NCBI GenBank assembly: GCA_964016885.1
Contig: OZ024745.1
Coordinates: 72,292,001 to 72,356,000, forward strand
DNA: 64,000 nucleotides
Direction of reading: 5' to 3'
DNA from: Eledone cirrhosa
Lineage: Eukaryota
Numbering within the stretch: position 1 is the first letter of the stretch; each line of letters starts with the position of its first letter. A program made the position numbers and the translations under genes. The notes beneath the pieces were generated by a model. It did no database searches. It was not told the origin of the DNA and saw nothing but the letters and a program-made list of their open reading frames with translations. Below are positions 12,715 through 31,188 of this stretch, piece after piece.

Positions 12715-13622
12715 ACGCATATACATATTATATATGTATATATATATATATTGTAGCTAAATATAACTACGTTGGGAAGAAATCTTATTAAACGTAAGAC
12801 TTCAAAGAATCCTATTTGACGAAGATTCCTAAGAAGAACATTTAGTAAATCTTACGGTAAAACATTGAAATATAGGCTGGAAAGGGTGTCGAATATATCA
12901 GCCAAAACTAATCACAAACATTAAAGAAACAATACAAAGGAACCCAACCTTCACAATGTTTAGAATAATTTGTTGAAATTAAAACTAGTTTTGTTTAATT
13001 AATTTGTGAAAATAATAAACTAAATTGAAAATACGATTATTGTTTTATTTGTTTGGATTATATAAAATAAATTCAATGTTAAACGCTTCCCGTATGTTTC
13101 CTTTTCAAAGGCCAGATTACTGAAGTAATTAACTGAAAGAGAACTACTACTACCACTGCTGCTGCTACTACTACTCATATTTTTATTATTGCTATTAATA
13201 TTGTTGTTGTGTAATTTATTTTTATCACAAAATATTGTATTCATGTACAGAATTTGCTGATGTTTCTTGGTTTTATATATATTGTTATTGCTTTTATTGT
13301 TATTGTTGTTCGTCTTGTCTAGTTATTCAGCTTTTACTATTGTTTTAAACCCCACTTAAAGTTTTATTCAACACGCGAATGTGTAATGTAAAGAAAATAT
13401 TGTAATGGTGAATTTGTTGCAATACATTTAAAACACGTACTTCACGAACTGTTTGAATAACATGAACACGAAATGTTATGATTATGTTCGGTGCCCTTAA
13501 GCTCAAAGAGGTTTTCAAATAACTCACCCCTCTCCCCATCTTACGTTCTCTCGGCTAAATTTGCGATTCGATTTCGATTCTGTCTGAAGCCGATTCATTT
13601 TAGCTCATATAATTAGTATAAT

Positions 13623-13812
13623 GGTGGTGGATTGTCAGTCTCGGTAAGTTGTCGGACGCCATACTTTGCAGCTTAGAGTTACGGCCCTTTATAGTCGACG
13701 TTCAAATCCCGCCGCGGTTAACTTTATCTTTCATCCTTACGGGGTCGATTAAATAAAGCACCAGTAATGCACTGATATAATTACTTGCCTTGTGCCAAAA
13801 GTAGAAATAATT
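13623..13812 (+). mobile_element. tRNA-derived SINE, second family
   Basis: GTTCAAATCCCGCC...TTTCATCCTTACGGGGTCGATTAAATAAAGCACCAGT...GCCTTGTGCC. An inverted partial copy follows at ~13880-13960. Confidence 0.65.
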
Positions 13813-15429
13813 ATTAGTATAATTTATAGCACCACTCTGTTAGACTATTTAACATTTCAGCCAATATATTGCCTTAGACTGGTATTTTATTTATCGATCC
13901 CGAAACGAGGATAGGTATAATTGGCCTCGGTGGTGTTTGAACCCGGGGCATCGAGCCGGAACAAATATCACCGCTCTCGCGACTAATGCTAATAGATCGC
14001 TAATAAATTAAATAAATTGCTCTTATCAATAAAATAATTGCAAAAAATATAGCAGCTGAACTAAAAATTCCACCGACATCCACCCACAAACCCTCGCCAC
14101 ACTCTCAGTAATCTGGATTATACACAATTTTTCATCAAAGTCTAGTCTTATTCTATAAGGACGCATACACAGAAACCTAAAGGAACATGACACTTATTCT
14201 CCAATGAATATCTGATTTGAACTAAAAATATCATTTCCGCAAAATCCTTCGCTTCAAATACCCCGCGTCCACCAGGTTATTTCTAATATCTTTGCAAACT
14301 ATCCCAGTGTGTGTGTGTATGTGTATAAACAAATATATAAACTTATACGAAACAATGAATGTATAAGGTTAATAAAAGGATGGATGGAGTCATGCGCTGA
14401 GCTGCTATAAATTAGTTTATAAAATATGGTGAATACTCTTTAAAGACTTCTTTTACCGTCTTTTATAGCTTCTCCGCGCTTGAGCAGCTCCCCCTCGCTT
14501 TGTGCGTGCGTGTGTGTATTACGCTAATATAACGTGATTCGTAGTACAGGTGCATATCAATGTAGCAAATACGATATGTTTATGTACAATATATATATAT
14601 ATATATATATATATGTATACACACGTTTTCCTGCGAGTATTTTAATTTATGATAATGTCGCAGCTATCTCAGTAGCTGAGTGAGAACGCCATTAGTGTTT
14701 CAGGACTATTAAACATCATCAGCTACGATTACTCACACCGGACTGAGAGACAAAGATAAGCTATAGTTTATATAGTTATTAGATGTAATACATTTACTAT
14801 AGAACTTTATTTACATATGATGCGTGCTTGATTAATTGGAAGTAACATTACAATAGATGTGACATGATCCACGGCTTGGAATATTCATAGTGAGATATAT
14901 ACATGATTGTTATACATAAACGTATCGTATAGGCTTTCATCATATACCCCTCTACTTATATATATATATATATATATTGAAAGAGGAAGATATTACACAC
15001 GCAACACTACTTTTTAATTCAACAACTGTGAATTTTCATCTTGTAACTAAAGAACGGAGATATATTTACAATTTCAGAATTAAATTATAAATTGTAGCTT
15101 TGATGTATGCATGCAAATTATTCTATACCTCAGTCTCCATAGATATCAACGCACACGAACAAATCTGTTTAAATATAATGTTTATCATCTGCCACAGATG
15201 TTCTCCATTATCGATTGTTTACTTTAAAAGGGTTTTGAAAAAAAAGATGATTGAAAGATGAGTGAAAGTACTTAAACACTTCGCATGTAAGGAAAATCAA
15301 CTCAATCGAATTCATTCATTTGCGAGTAATATGTACTGGTGTTGTCGAACACAATAGTACAGATTAACAAATCACACGTCCATTATACTGCACTCTTGTT
15401 ACAACAACCAAGATTAATGTGGTTAGTTA

Positions 15430-15666
15430 GCAAATGTAATATACAATGAACCTCCGTAGGTTTCTACAAATGAAATCAAAATATCTGATTATTCTCGGGG
15501 AGATTCGTTGTGATATATTTCATCCATCAACCCTATTTCACTCCTAAAGCCTGAGTTCTCCTGAGGCTGGGATAGAAGATGCATGTCCAAAATGTTACGC
15601 AGTGAGATTGAAGCTGGAACCTCTTGATTGGGAATCGAATTTCTTAACCATTCGGCAATGCACGCG
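15430..15666 (-). mobile_element. Old tRNA-derived SINE, third type
   Basis: Minus strand TTGCCGAATGGTTAAG (A-box-like)...GGTTCCAGCTTCAATCTCACTGCG; highly diverged. Confidence 0.4.
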
Positions 15667-16511
15667 TTCGATTTATTAAATTATTCTATTACAGCCGACA
15701 AGCTGAGGCCATGCTGGATCACCGTCATTGAGTCTGTACTATATTCTAATATAAAGTGGGTATTCAACTTTACATGGAACGTGTGTTAAACAATATGTTT
15801 ATATTTAAAAAAAGTATAAAATTATCTTTAAAAAATAAGTTCAAATTAACTAGCTGGTCGCAACATCGACAGTTTTACACCAACAACTAGTGATAAATAT
15901 GCATCAAATTGAACTCAGCTAACAAGTGTCCGAAGCCATGCTTCTCCGAATATTCCTTCACATACCTTTACCACCAAACCATTAAATAGTCCACGTGTAT
16001 CTGTGCTGCAGCAGTAAATGCAAATAATACTGCTAATAGCACAGATAAATAGTAATCAACCAACAACAGCTAGGAGTCGTTTTCTTTCACAAGGCTTCCA
16101 ACATACCTTTACTGACCTATCTTCATTAAAATTAGGTCTGTATATATTTGCACTGAAAAGTCTACCACATCTGTTGTATGTTTTGCAGCCAGTTTTAAAC
16201 TGCATCCATTCAACAAACTCTACTAGTCCCATATAAACGCATACGCGCTAAATTTGAAAATTTCCCCACAAACCCCTAAGAAAAAAATTAGTCCTCGCTT
16301 CTCTGAACTAGCTAGCTGCATATCCATTGGAATATGTTCATCCAATATACTCTCATCTTTAATCTCCCCACCAATACTGTGACTCACGCTCAACTCTCCT
16401 CTCACCACCACAACTTAATACTTTGCCGAATCATTACTACCCCAAACTGAACTCCTTTGGAATGACGTTCCTGCTAAATTACTTCTCCGCTGATTAATTA
16501 ATAGTTTCTAA

Positions 16512-16640
16512 ATTTGGCCCAAGGCCAGCAATTAAGGGCGGAGGAAGTTGATTATATCGAGCCCAGTGCTTTACTGGTACCTCAGTTAATCGAGCATGGA
16601 AGGACGACAGGCAACGTTAACCGCAGTGGTATTTGAACTT
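16512..16640 (-). mobile_element. SINE fragment, second family
   Basis: Homologous by eye to 22976-23115 (CAAGGCCA...TCGA.CCCAGTGC...TGGTAC...TTTGAA). Confidence 0.5.
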
Positions 16641-16745
16641 ATGGCAGTCGGAAGATAGTAACGAAATGTTGCAATTTCTCTCCCCCCCCCCTTCTTCTTA
16701 ATAGCAACAGAAGTGATCTTGCTTTGATATTGTTGAAAGAGACTG

Positions 16746-16909
16746 CAGACCTGTCAACTCTCCCCGTCTGACAGGGAGATCTCCCACCCACTTTGGGGTG
16801 AGTGAAAGATGTCTTCTGTTGTGAAAATCAGTATAACATTCAATATGTAAAACTCTCCCCATGTTGCCTCATTTCTCCCCGTTTGGGTTTTTAGAGATTG
16901 GCAGGTCTG
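16746..16909. mobile_element. MITE with CAGACCTG(T/C)CAA TIRs and a 6-bp TSD (AGACTG)
   Basis: TIRs CAGACCTGTCAA / TTGGCAGGTCTG; AGACTG at 16740-16745 and 16910-16915. Confidence 0.75.
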
Positions 16910-18739
16910 AGACTGAGTAAAATTGTTTTCTACGTCTCTGTTCATAGAAACAGCACAAGTCTAGTGTAAAGCGACTGTTGCATTTAGGAGACACTTTTGT
17001 GCGGAAGAATAGGGAGGAGTCAAATATTATATCATCTCCATACGAGAGTATGTGTGTGATAACAGTGAGAAGATAATTAGTGTACAGGATTAAAGAATGC
17101 AGAGCTCTTATATATCTTTTTTTTTTTTTTTTACTGCGTTCGTTAACCAAAAAGGTAAATGTTGATAAACAGAAGAGATAGATGTATTTAAACATAATGA
17201 GATTTTATCTGATACAACAACCATTGGCTATTACGAAATGATTTGTATCATGCACTTAACATGAAAAATTTACGCGAAGGAAATACTCCATAAGCAGGTG
17301 CAGAAAATATTTCAAGAAATTAATAAATAAGTTCTATGAAAAACATTAAAGTTACTTAGGAGAAATCGATGGAATTTTATGTAAAATAGTTTTGAAATTT
17401 GAACAGTGAAATAATTTCCTGCTGAATGAAATTAAACATTGATTATCAAGCGAAATTGAAAACATCTGTCGAGTAAAATGAAGATAAAAAGAAATTAATT
17501 ACAAAATGTCAAAGGAATCTTTATAATTTGCATTATTTTCTGTGAAAATTAATAAGATGGTAAGAGGAATAAGTGGAAGAGGCGGAAGAAGGCCAGATAA
17601 AATGCCCTAAATTTCGTATAATTATTTTCTGGGTTCAAATCCCAGGGGAAGTGACTTTGATTTTTATCCAACCATGGAGGCGATACGCTAATACTATTAA
17701 GTCGGTGGGGTGCATAAATGGAAAAGCGGAAGAACCCTCGATATCCCCACCCCGAAACCTAACTACTTCATCGCGTTTCACGGTTGAAATTTTATCGGAG
17801 CCACTGTATTTCATCCAACCATAGAAGTGGGGGATGAAATAACATTCCTAATAAACTGATTCAAATTAATCGTCTGCACCCATTCTGCTAAAATGTATGG
17901 CCTCGTGCCAGTTTTAGAAAACATTGTATCTTGTAAAACAAAAATTTCACATCCTTCACAAATAATCCACACAATGCCAATTGTCCTATTTTGTTTGTGA
18001 ATATTCATGATAAACTCACACAGACACGTATATTATGATAAATGGGCACATACACGCAGATACACGTACATATATATGACGAAAAGTACACATACACAGA
18101 AACGTACGCATATATTAAATACATTAGACAATGAAGAAATGTTAAAATAGACAAAGCAAATGAACGACGAAATAATAAAAAAAAAGGTGAAGAAGAATAA
18201 AGTGACTGAGTGACATTATCATTTGGGGGTATCTACTGCTTAGTAGAAAATAGTTGTGTGAGTCAGAGTTGTCAATGGAGAAAGGGTAATGTTAGCATGA
18301 CCCGGAAAGTTGTCTAAAGTGGAATCAATAGACAAATACATTGTTTAGCTTCGTATTCTCTACGTGGGCGTCCGTTCTAGATTTGCTAAGTTGAAGTCAT
18401 TGTCGTTGTTGATGATGATGGATAGCAACAATTTAAAAAAAAACACAAAGAAAATAGGATGACAAATAAATAATAAAACAAGTATATATAAATTTATTTC
18501 AACTAAGTATGAGAAAGCGGATAATATAAAAAGAAAGTTTTAATACTGGAAAACTTTGATGTGCACAGCGTTTGTGACTTTATTAGACTGTCATTAAACC
18601 TGCAACAATCTCGTGATAGATTTCCTGACAGAGCAACATGCAATTGTCCAGGCATTAGTAGATCTATTGAAAAGATCAGACCTATGTTACTTAATATGAA
18701 ATCAAGAATTTTACGAATCCAGTTGTGACCGTTGTTTAC

Positions 18740-18929
18740 CAGACGTGCCAACCTCTAAAAACACAAATGGGGAGTAACATGAAAAAAGTGCCCTAAAACA
18801 GGAGAAATGTGGCAAAATAAGGGGATTTTACATGAAATCTATACTAATTTTCACAAGAGAAGACATCTCTCACCCACTCCAAAGTGGGTGGGAGATTTCC
18901 CCGTCTGACGGGGAGAGTTGACAGGTCTG
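18740..18929. mobile_element. Second, inverted copy of the same MITE
   Basis: 18857-18929 is the near reverse complement of 16746-16817; TIRs CAGACGTGCCAA / TTGACAGGTCTG. Confidence 0.72.
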
Positions 18930-19836
18930 TCTATATATATATATATGTTGACAGAGCAACATACAATTGTCCATGTATTAGTAGATATATTGTAAAGATC
19001 AGCCATATGTTACTTAATATAAAATCAAGAAACTTATGAATCCAGTTGTGTCCGATGCTCATTGTTTGATATTTATATTTATTGCACATATTTGCTAAAA
19101 GTATTTGAATAAGTGTAATGCAAAATAGGTGTCAAAATTCCTGAGCTTAGTTCTCCGTACACTGAGGTTTTCAATTATATAACTGGTTTCAATCAGGTGT
19201 TCATGTAAATGAGTTACTCGAATTATTGTTTCATTGTAAGTCAATTAGCCTCATTTAAATTTATCCATAGAATTACAACATACACCCTTTTCAAGGCTAA
19301 TGTATTGGAGATGGCCTACTCCACTAACATTACAACTGTTAAAATTATCCGAGGGTAGCGGATTGGTAAAATCCTTGCGTCAGAGTAAATGCACTGAGGC
19401 ATTTATTCCAACGCTTTACGTTTTGGGTTCAAATCCTACCCCAGAAATAACCGCTTTTGTAGACTCAAGAACAGTAAAGTTCGGGTTCCGAGTCCAGTGG
19501 TGATGATCTGTGTCGACAAAAAAAAAAAAAATAATAAACCATAGAGATCAATGGATTGGTACGTAATCTTCTACGAACTCTCCTAAGAATAGTATTGCTC
19601 AATCTGCATTATTCGATTCACTGCCAAAAATAACGATTTCTAATTTAACATTCAATCGACATAACATATTTTTGAAGCACAATCTTACCACGAGAGACAA
19701 GTTTATTCCCTATCTCTTCCAACACGAAGTAGAAAATCAGACTACAGGATTGAGAGCATTCTGTAATTCCATATTCGTGGTAAGTCTCAATTTTATCACT
19801 TTGTTATTCAAAATGAAGAATAGAATGTGACACTGT

Positions 19837-20421
19837 TCACGATAGCAGCTCTGGCAGTTTTCTAAGTTGAAAATCGTATACTATGTTTATACCACCAAAA
19901 TGTAAATCCGTTCGTAAAAGATAACGAAATATATGATTAGCGGCTTCATATACATTCTTCAACATTTGCGGTGTTTCATTACAACTTGAATTATATTTTG
20001 CCAGTTTGTTGCTGGCAACAATACTGGAAATAGAATCTCTGTCAACAGAAATTTGAATATGGTAAGTTGAATGAGCTGTAAACCCAATTTCTTCTTTTTT
20101 TATTCGGGATAATAGAGCTTTGAGATGACGATTATAATAAAGGCTTTGGAAGTTATACTTCGCAAAAATATACATACTCGTATAATCTGCCGTTGTTTTG
20201 TTTATTAGGCTTTATACCTGTGATATACATTTCTCATTGGATTCATTTAAGTACACTAAGCCTTTATCTTTTTCAAATGCATTTTTCCTTTGGTCCTTTA
20301 GCACTATTTTCAAATTTAAATTAGAAATAAATTCGAGCTGGTCCCCTGCAATAATTTTTAGACTAATATGTATTACATATAAATGTAAGGAACAGGTGAG
20401 GCTTCCCATAAAGGCGAGCAA
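19837..20421 (-). pseudogene. Decayed Helitron Rep/Hel (PIF1-like helicase) fragment
   Basis: GFTAHSTYHIQI, YEAANHIFRYLLRTDLHFGGINIVYDFQL resemble the G.TAHS and FGG..I...GDF.QL motifs of Helitron PIF1 helicases; broken frames. Confidence 0.6.
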
Positions 20422-21061
20422 TGTTCATAGGATCATGAAAAAGTTTTATTACAGCTTAGGTAACACGTAAGAGCTATTAATACAATGATTTGGGATATCT
20501 CGTTGCATATCGTCTATCAAGCTTAGATGACATTATCTTTTAGAAACGGTGTGCTGTTACAACATTAAAAACCGATTCTTCATTTTATTCTCCCTGTATA
20601 CATGTAGTTTATTGACAGTTTTGAAGATCTTAACTTTGATTTAAATACATTAATAGCATACGTCTAACGATCCGTGAACTGTAATTATTAGATATATATA
20701 TATATTAGAATATGCGCCTACAAATGATTAGAAAAAGGAAGAAATATATATAATTTTATGTGGATTTGAATCAACTTACGATTTAAACTGAGCTCTAAAT
20801 AAATATTTCTATTCCAGAAAACATACTATGCGACCAGTTTGTCATTGAAAAGATGGTATGAAATGAATGATACAACAATATATATATAGTATTATATTCT
20901 TTCCCGCTTGTTTCTTACAAACGTTTGTCTGTTTTTCTTTTAGGCTAGATGTTATCTATTGTTCATGGTAAAGTATAGGGTGAAAGTTCGAATCTGCTTA
21001 AAGTACAGTAATATATATTGTTTCCTTATCCGCTATTGATATGTCTCATAGCCTATAAATA

Positions 21062-21259
21062 CTAAGGTGGGCTGAAAAGTTCATAGGCTGACTAGGAAGG
21101 AGTGATGCTAGAGCTATGAAATGTTGCATGTATTAATTTTAACTCTTTCCCTTAATAACTGCTTGGTTTCTTTCCAGGGACTATGTTGAAAAATAAACCT
21201 CATTTGGTCATTTCATCAGAGTATCTTGCTTAGCATATGAACCTTTCAGTCAACCCTCG
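21062..21259. mobile_element. Mariner-type MITE (~200 bp)
   Basis: TA-CTAAGGTGGGCTGAAAAGTTCATA ... TATGAACCTTTCAGTCAACCCTCG-TA; imperfect TIRs. Confidence 0.6.
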
Positions 21260-21400
21260 TAAAGGGAGGACAACATATTAAATAAGGGAAAAGTCTGTGT
21301 CGTTAATTCTGAAAAATTTTCCTTGACTCTCTGTTCGGAATTTACATAAATATACCATTATATCAGGAACAAAACTTTGCAAGTTTATTTCAATTTGTAT

Positions 21401-21560
21401 GGAGCTGAATGAAGCTGCGAATTGGCAGAGCCATTAGAATATTGGCTTTACAGATGTCGTCTCGACTCTCTGAGTTCAAATCCCGCTGAGGTCAACTTTA
21501 CCTTTCATCCATTCGACGTTGATAAAAAAGTTCCAGTCTAGTACTGCGGTCTATTTTCCC
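21401..21560 (+). mobile_element. tRNA-derived SINE, second family
   Basis: GAGTTCAAATCCCGCTGAGGTCAACTTTACCTTTCATCC...GATAAAAAAGTTCCAGT. Confidence 0.6.
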
Positions 21561-22975
21561 TCCACATCTCTCTCTCTCTCTCTCTCATTCTCAAGAAGTA
21601 ATCGGTTATATTTAGACCTGGAGAAGAGAAGAACCGCGCCAGGTTTTAAAATGCACAAGAAAGGACGTACGATACCAATACGACTCAATCGGGAGTTGCT
21701 GGTACCTACCTACATGCATGAAGCTGAATAACTAGACATATGTCTGAGAGTCTACAAAACTTCGAGTTATTGATGCGGCAATTATTAACTGCTAATCCAA
21801 AACATATGCGAACTACATGACTTATTGAGTGGTCTTTTCTTTCTTTGCACAGAGTTTCACTTAAAAAAAACACAAGTGCATATATTATGTTTACACACAC
21901 ACACACACACACACACACGTATATATATATGCATACACACCCGCATACACATATATATGTGTGTGTGTGTGTATATTTTATTAAAATGCTGTATACATTC
22001 TTTAGGGACACTCTCGTCAATACCTATTAATAGTAAAATGCGATAATCTGTACACTACATCTTATCTAAGTTCAATTGAAACATGCTGAGATCTGAGGGT
22101 AATTATTAATGCACGGACTCTTTGGAAGATAAAATCTTGCTTACAGCGATGATATATATATATATATAGAGAGATAGATAATAGTGATGCCACGTCTGTT
22201 ATAAGACTCGCAATGTCTGATAGTCAGATATGTTATCACATGTCCCAATACGGTAGAGGACACTTTGCTGTAAATAGAAATTGGATTTGACACATTGTAT
22301 CTGAGGTAGTGACATCATGACTGAGAAATTTCGCAAAATCTTCAATCTACTTCTGAAAAAAAAAAAAAAAATAATACGAATATTTGCTCGATGTTTAAGC
22401 ATTTAATGAACAACCATGTGGGCTGAAAGCTTAAAAAATAAAATAAAATAAAATAAAAGGAATAAATTTGGCACCTTTTAAGGCTACATGTTCTAAATCC
22501 CGAAATAATACAATTTTACATTTCAGATTCCTTTTTCCAATTTTGTTTTTCATCTCCAGCGTAAATGTTTCAGTCGCCTTGGTTTGTATATTTTACTGTA
22601 TACATTTTTTTTGTATTTTCAAAGAACCCTTGCATGCGATTCTTAGAAAGATTTCAAAGAAAAAGTGATGATGACGACGCAAAAGGAATAAGGTAGAATA
22701 TAATGAGTGAAAAATATAAAAATACCTAAGTGGTAGGTAAGAAACGTAAGTGGTGAGATATTTAATGACGAAGTGGGGATGACAGCAGATGCTAATGAAA
22801 AACCGTAAAAGAAAGTAAAAGCCATGAAAGGGTAGAGTAAATTAAAACAATGAAATTAAAGAAAAGAGGAAGGCGTCTAAGAGGAAGGTAAATCAAAATA
22901 AGTTAAGTGAAAGAGGTAAGTCTATGAATATAGTTTAACGTCGGGCATTATTATCAACAGTAATAATACTTTTTG

Positions 22976-23115
22976 ATTTAGGGACAAGGCCAACTATTTA
23001 GAGGGAGGTGAAAGTCGATTAAATCGACCCCAGTGCGTGAATGGTACTTTATTTTATCGACCCCGTAAAGATGAAGGCAAAGCTAACATCGGTGGGATTT
23101 GAATTCAGAATATAA
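22976..23115 (-). mobile_element. tRNA-derived SINE, second family
   Basis: Reverse complement of the GAATTCAAATCCC...GCCTTCATC...GGGGTCGATAAAATAAAGTACC motif. Confidence 0.6.
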
Positions 23116-23347
23116 AGGGCCGTAACCCTATTCCGTAAATCAGGTGGTGGATTGAAGCAACATTTGAACTTACACAATAAGCAAACTCGACGTGGAAACA
23201 GGACGAAATGATACATCATTGTATTATTTGTGGGCGGGTGTTTCACAGGCTTTCTGGACTCAGAAACTATTAGAATTCTTATATCCAGGAAGGAACCAGA
23301 CAGAAAGTAGAAGAGGTGGTCAATATTTGTATGGAGTAGTTGACCTT

Positions 23348-28760
<5,413 letters not shown>

Positions 28761-28820
28761 ATGTAAGTATGCATGTATACGTACATACATATATGTATAC
28801 AGACGTACAGTAGCATGCAC

Positions 28821-28851
<31 letters not shown>

Positions 28852-28996
28852 TACAGGTACACATACATATATGCACGTATCAGTTTAGCGGCGCTAACGT
28901 CGCTTTGTTCGTTTGTAAACAAACTGAACAGCCTGAATTTATGCCATACGGTGTTAAGGCAACCACGTCACCTTTTTGTTCAACACTGACACAGGA

Positions 28997-29039
28997 ACGA
29001 TGTACTAGTTTCAAGCTTGTTAGCTATCATCAGCACCGT
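28997..29039 (-). ncRNA. Type I hammerhead ribozyme (family C, unit 1)
   Basis: Minus: ACGGUG CUGAUGA UAGCU AACA AGCUU GAAA CUAG UA CAUCGU. Intact core, GUA triplet, palindromic stem III ACUAGU. Confidence 0.88.
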
Positions 29040-29464
29040 TTACCCATCTGCCAGATAGTTGAACGTTCGAAAGTATATACTTTCCTTATGAAAATTAACG
29101 GCTGAGCAGCCTAATTTGCATATTGAGTGAGTTAAATCGGTCAGGCATACCGAAAACGATAAATTGAAACAAAATGAAAACGAAATTTCATTTCTCACTC
29201 TTAGTATGGAACTTACTTAAATGTAAGTATGCATGTATACGTACATACATATATGTATACAGACGTACAGTAGCATGCACATATATATATATATATATAC
29301 ACATATACATACATATGCATACAGGTACACATACATATATGCACGTATCAGTTTAGCGGCGCTAACGTCGCTTTGTTCGTTTGTAAACAAACTGAACAGC
29401 CTGGATTTATGCCATACGGTGTTAAGGCAACCACGTCACCTTTTTGTTCAACACTGACACAGGA

Positions 29465-29507
29465 ACGATGTACTAGTTTCAAGCTTGTTAGCTATCATCA
29501 GCACCGT
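29465..29507 (-). ncRNA. Type I hammerhead ribozyme (family C, unit 2)
   Basis: Identical motif, 468 bp from the unit 1 motif. Confidence 0.88.
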
Positions 29508-29930
29508 TTACCCATCTGCCAGATAGTTGAACGTTCGAAAGTATATACTTTCCTTATGAAAATTAACGGCTGAGCAGCCTAATTTGCATATTGAGTGAGT
29601 TAAATCGGTCAGGCATACCGAAAACGATAAATTGAAACAAAATGAAAACGAAATTTCATTTCTCACTCTTAGTATGGCACTTACTTAAATGTAAGTATGC
29701 ATGTATACGTACATACATATATGTATACAGACGTACAGTAGCATGCACATATATATATATATATACACATATACATACATATGCATACAGGTACACATAC
29801 ATATATGCACGTATCAGTTTAGCGGCGCTAACGTCGCTTTGTTCGTTTGTAAACAAACTGAACAGCCTGAATTTATGCCATACGGTGTTAAGGCAACCAC
29901 GTCACCTTTTTGTTCAATACTGACACAGGA

Positions 29931-29973
29931 ACGATGTACTAGTTTCAAGCTTGTTAGCTATCATCAGCACCGT
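29931..29973 (-). ncRNA. Type I hammerhead ribozyme (family C, unit 3)
   Basis: Identical motif, 466 bp from the unit 2 motif. Confidence 0.88.
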
Positions 29974-30671
29974 TTACCCATCTGCCAGATAGTTGAACGT
30001 TCGAAAGTATATACTTTCCTCATGAAAATTAACGGCTGAGCAGCCTAATTCAGGCTGTTCAGTTTGTTTACAAACGAACAAAGCGACGTTAGCGCCGCTA
30101 TTGACCGATTCGAATCGGTCAATGGCACGTGCAGACATGAATATCTCCGTAGGATTTCAACTTTATTTTAATACATCTCATCGTATGTATTTGTTTTGAA
30201 TATATTACCTGTGGTGGTGGGTCTGGTCTAATGTGGTATTTCGGTGTTTAATATCGTATCTAATATCGTATTTAATATCGGCTTTGACCCGGGTGTCCTA
30301 CGCTGTGTGTGTGTGCGTGTGTGCCCGTGTATACATTTATATGTGTATGGGTGTAGGTGGTTATATGTGTCTGTGTGTATATATAAAAAATATATATATA
30401 TATATATATGTATACCGTCTCTGCATATGCATGTGGTGTGTATACGTGCATATACGTGCTGAACATATTGATGTGTACAATCTTGTGATGTCCCAATGCG
30501 GTGACTTAATGGCTCTTGAAGCTATTTTTTTTATATATATCTTCTGTCTTTTTATATATATTTTGTATGCGCTACAACTGTATCTGCTTGCTTTAACCTC
30601 ACCTCGCCTGCTAATGCATGTGAATTCTTCTACCTCCTTTGATGCACCCCTCTGACCATTTGACTCCTGCC

Positions 30672-31050
30672 TGTGTGTGAACCGGTTTGTGATTACCCCA
30701 CCGCTCGAGTGATACTGGTGACTGTGACACTTAGTGCCTTCGTGGACCCCTGATGTTTTCAAGAAATATATTTTAAAAAATTAGTGTGTGAACCGGTTTG
30801 TGATTACCCTACCGCTCAACTGTGTGAATGCACACCCATGACTTTCGAGTGAACTTTCGAGACTGCCCAACCTGGGACGCCTCCATTGCCTTGCAATGGT
30901 CAAGTGATACTGGTGACTGTGACACTTAGTGCCTTCGTGGGCCCCTGATGTTCTCAAGAAATATATTTTAAAAAATTGGTCAAGTGATACACATAACTGT
31001 GACATTTAGTGCCTTCGTGGGCCCCTGATATATTCAAGAGATATATTCTA
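30672..31050. repeat. Imperfect tandem duplications (~75-bp module x3, ~35-bp module x2)
   Basis: AGTGATAC..CTGTGACA.TTAGTGCCTTCGTGG.CCCCTGAT at ~30708, ~30903, ~30983; GTGTGTGAACCGGTTTGTGATTACCC at ~30673 and ~30784. Confidence 0.85.
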
Positions 31051-31153
31051 AAAAAAAAAAAAAATATATATCTTATCTCAATTTACTTTATTTCATTTTA
31101 TTTTATTTCATTTCATGTTATCTAATTTTATTTATTTACTTACTTGACTCCAT

Positions 31154-31188
<35 letters not shown>

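Larger units (their letters stand above)
28761..30123 (-). mobile_element. Retrozyme-like head-to-tail array (family C): ~2.8 units of ~460-468 bp, one hammerhead per unit, ending in an inverted 54-bp segment and a 24-bp palindrome
   Basis: Unit starts at 28761, 29221, 29689; near-identical units with no credible ORF. 30047-30100 is the reverse complement of 29820-29873; ATTGACCGATTCGAATCGGTCAAT at 30100-30123. Confidence 0.88.

Noticed and set aside
14690-14727. Minus-strand CUGAUGA...GAAA spacing suggestive of a hammerhead
   Set aside because: Stems I, II and III do not pair convincingly.
1-23340. Short 60-110 aa ORFs as possible host exons
   Set aside because: No recognisable domains or consistent splice structure apart from the Helitron remnant. 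Small exons of a large-intron gene cannot be excluded without RNA data.
28773-30039. Repeated 60-112 aa ORFs in the tandem units
   Set aside because: Frames depend on the internal TA tract length, differ between units, and show no recognisable domain; the unit is better explained as non-coding.
28761-31050. CRISPR-like appearance of recurring repeats
   Set aside because: Whole units repeat without unique spacers, there are no cas genes, and the context is eukaryotic.
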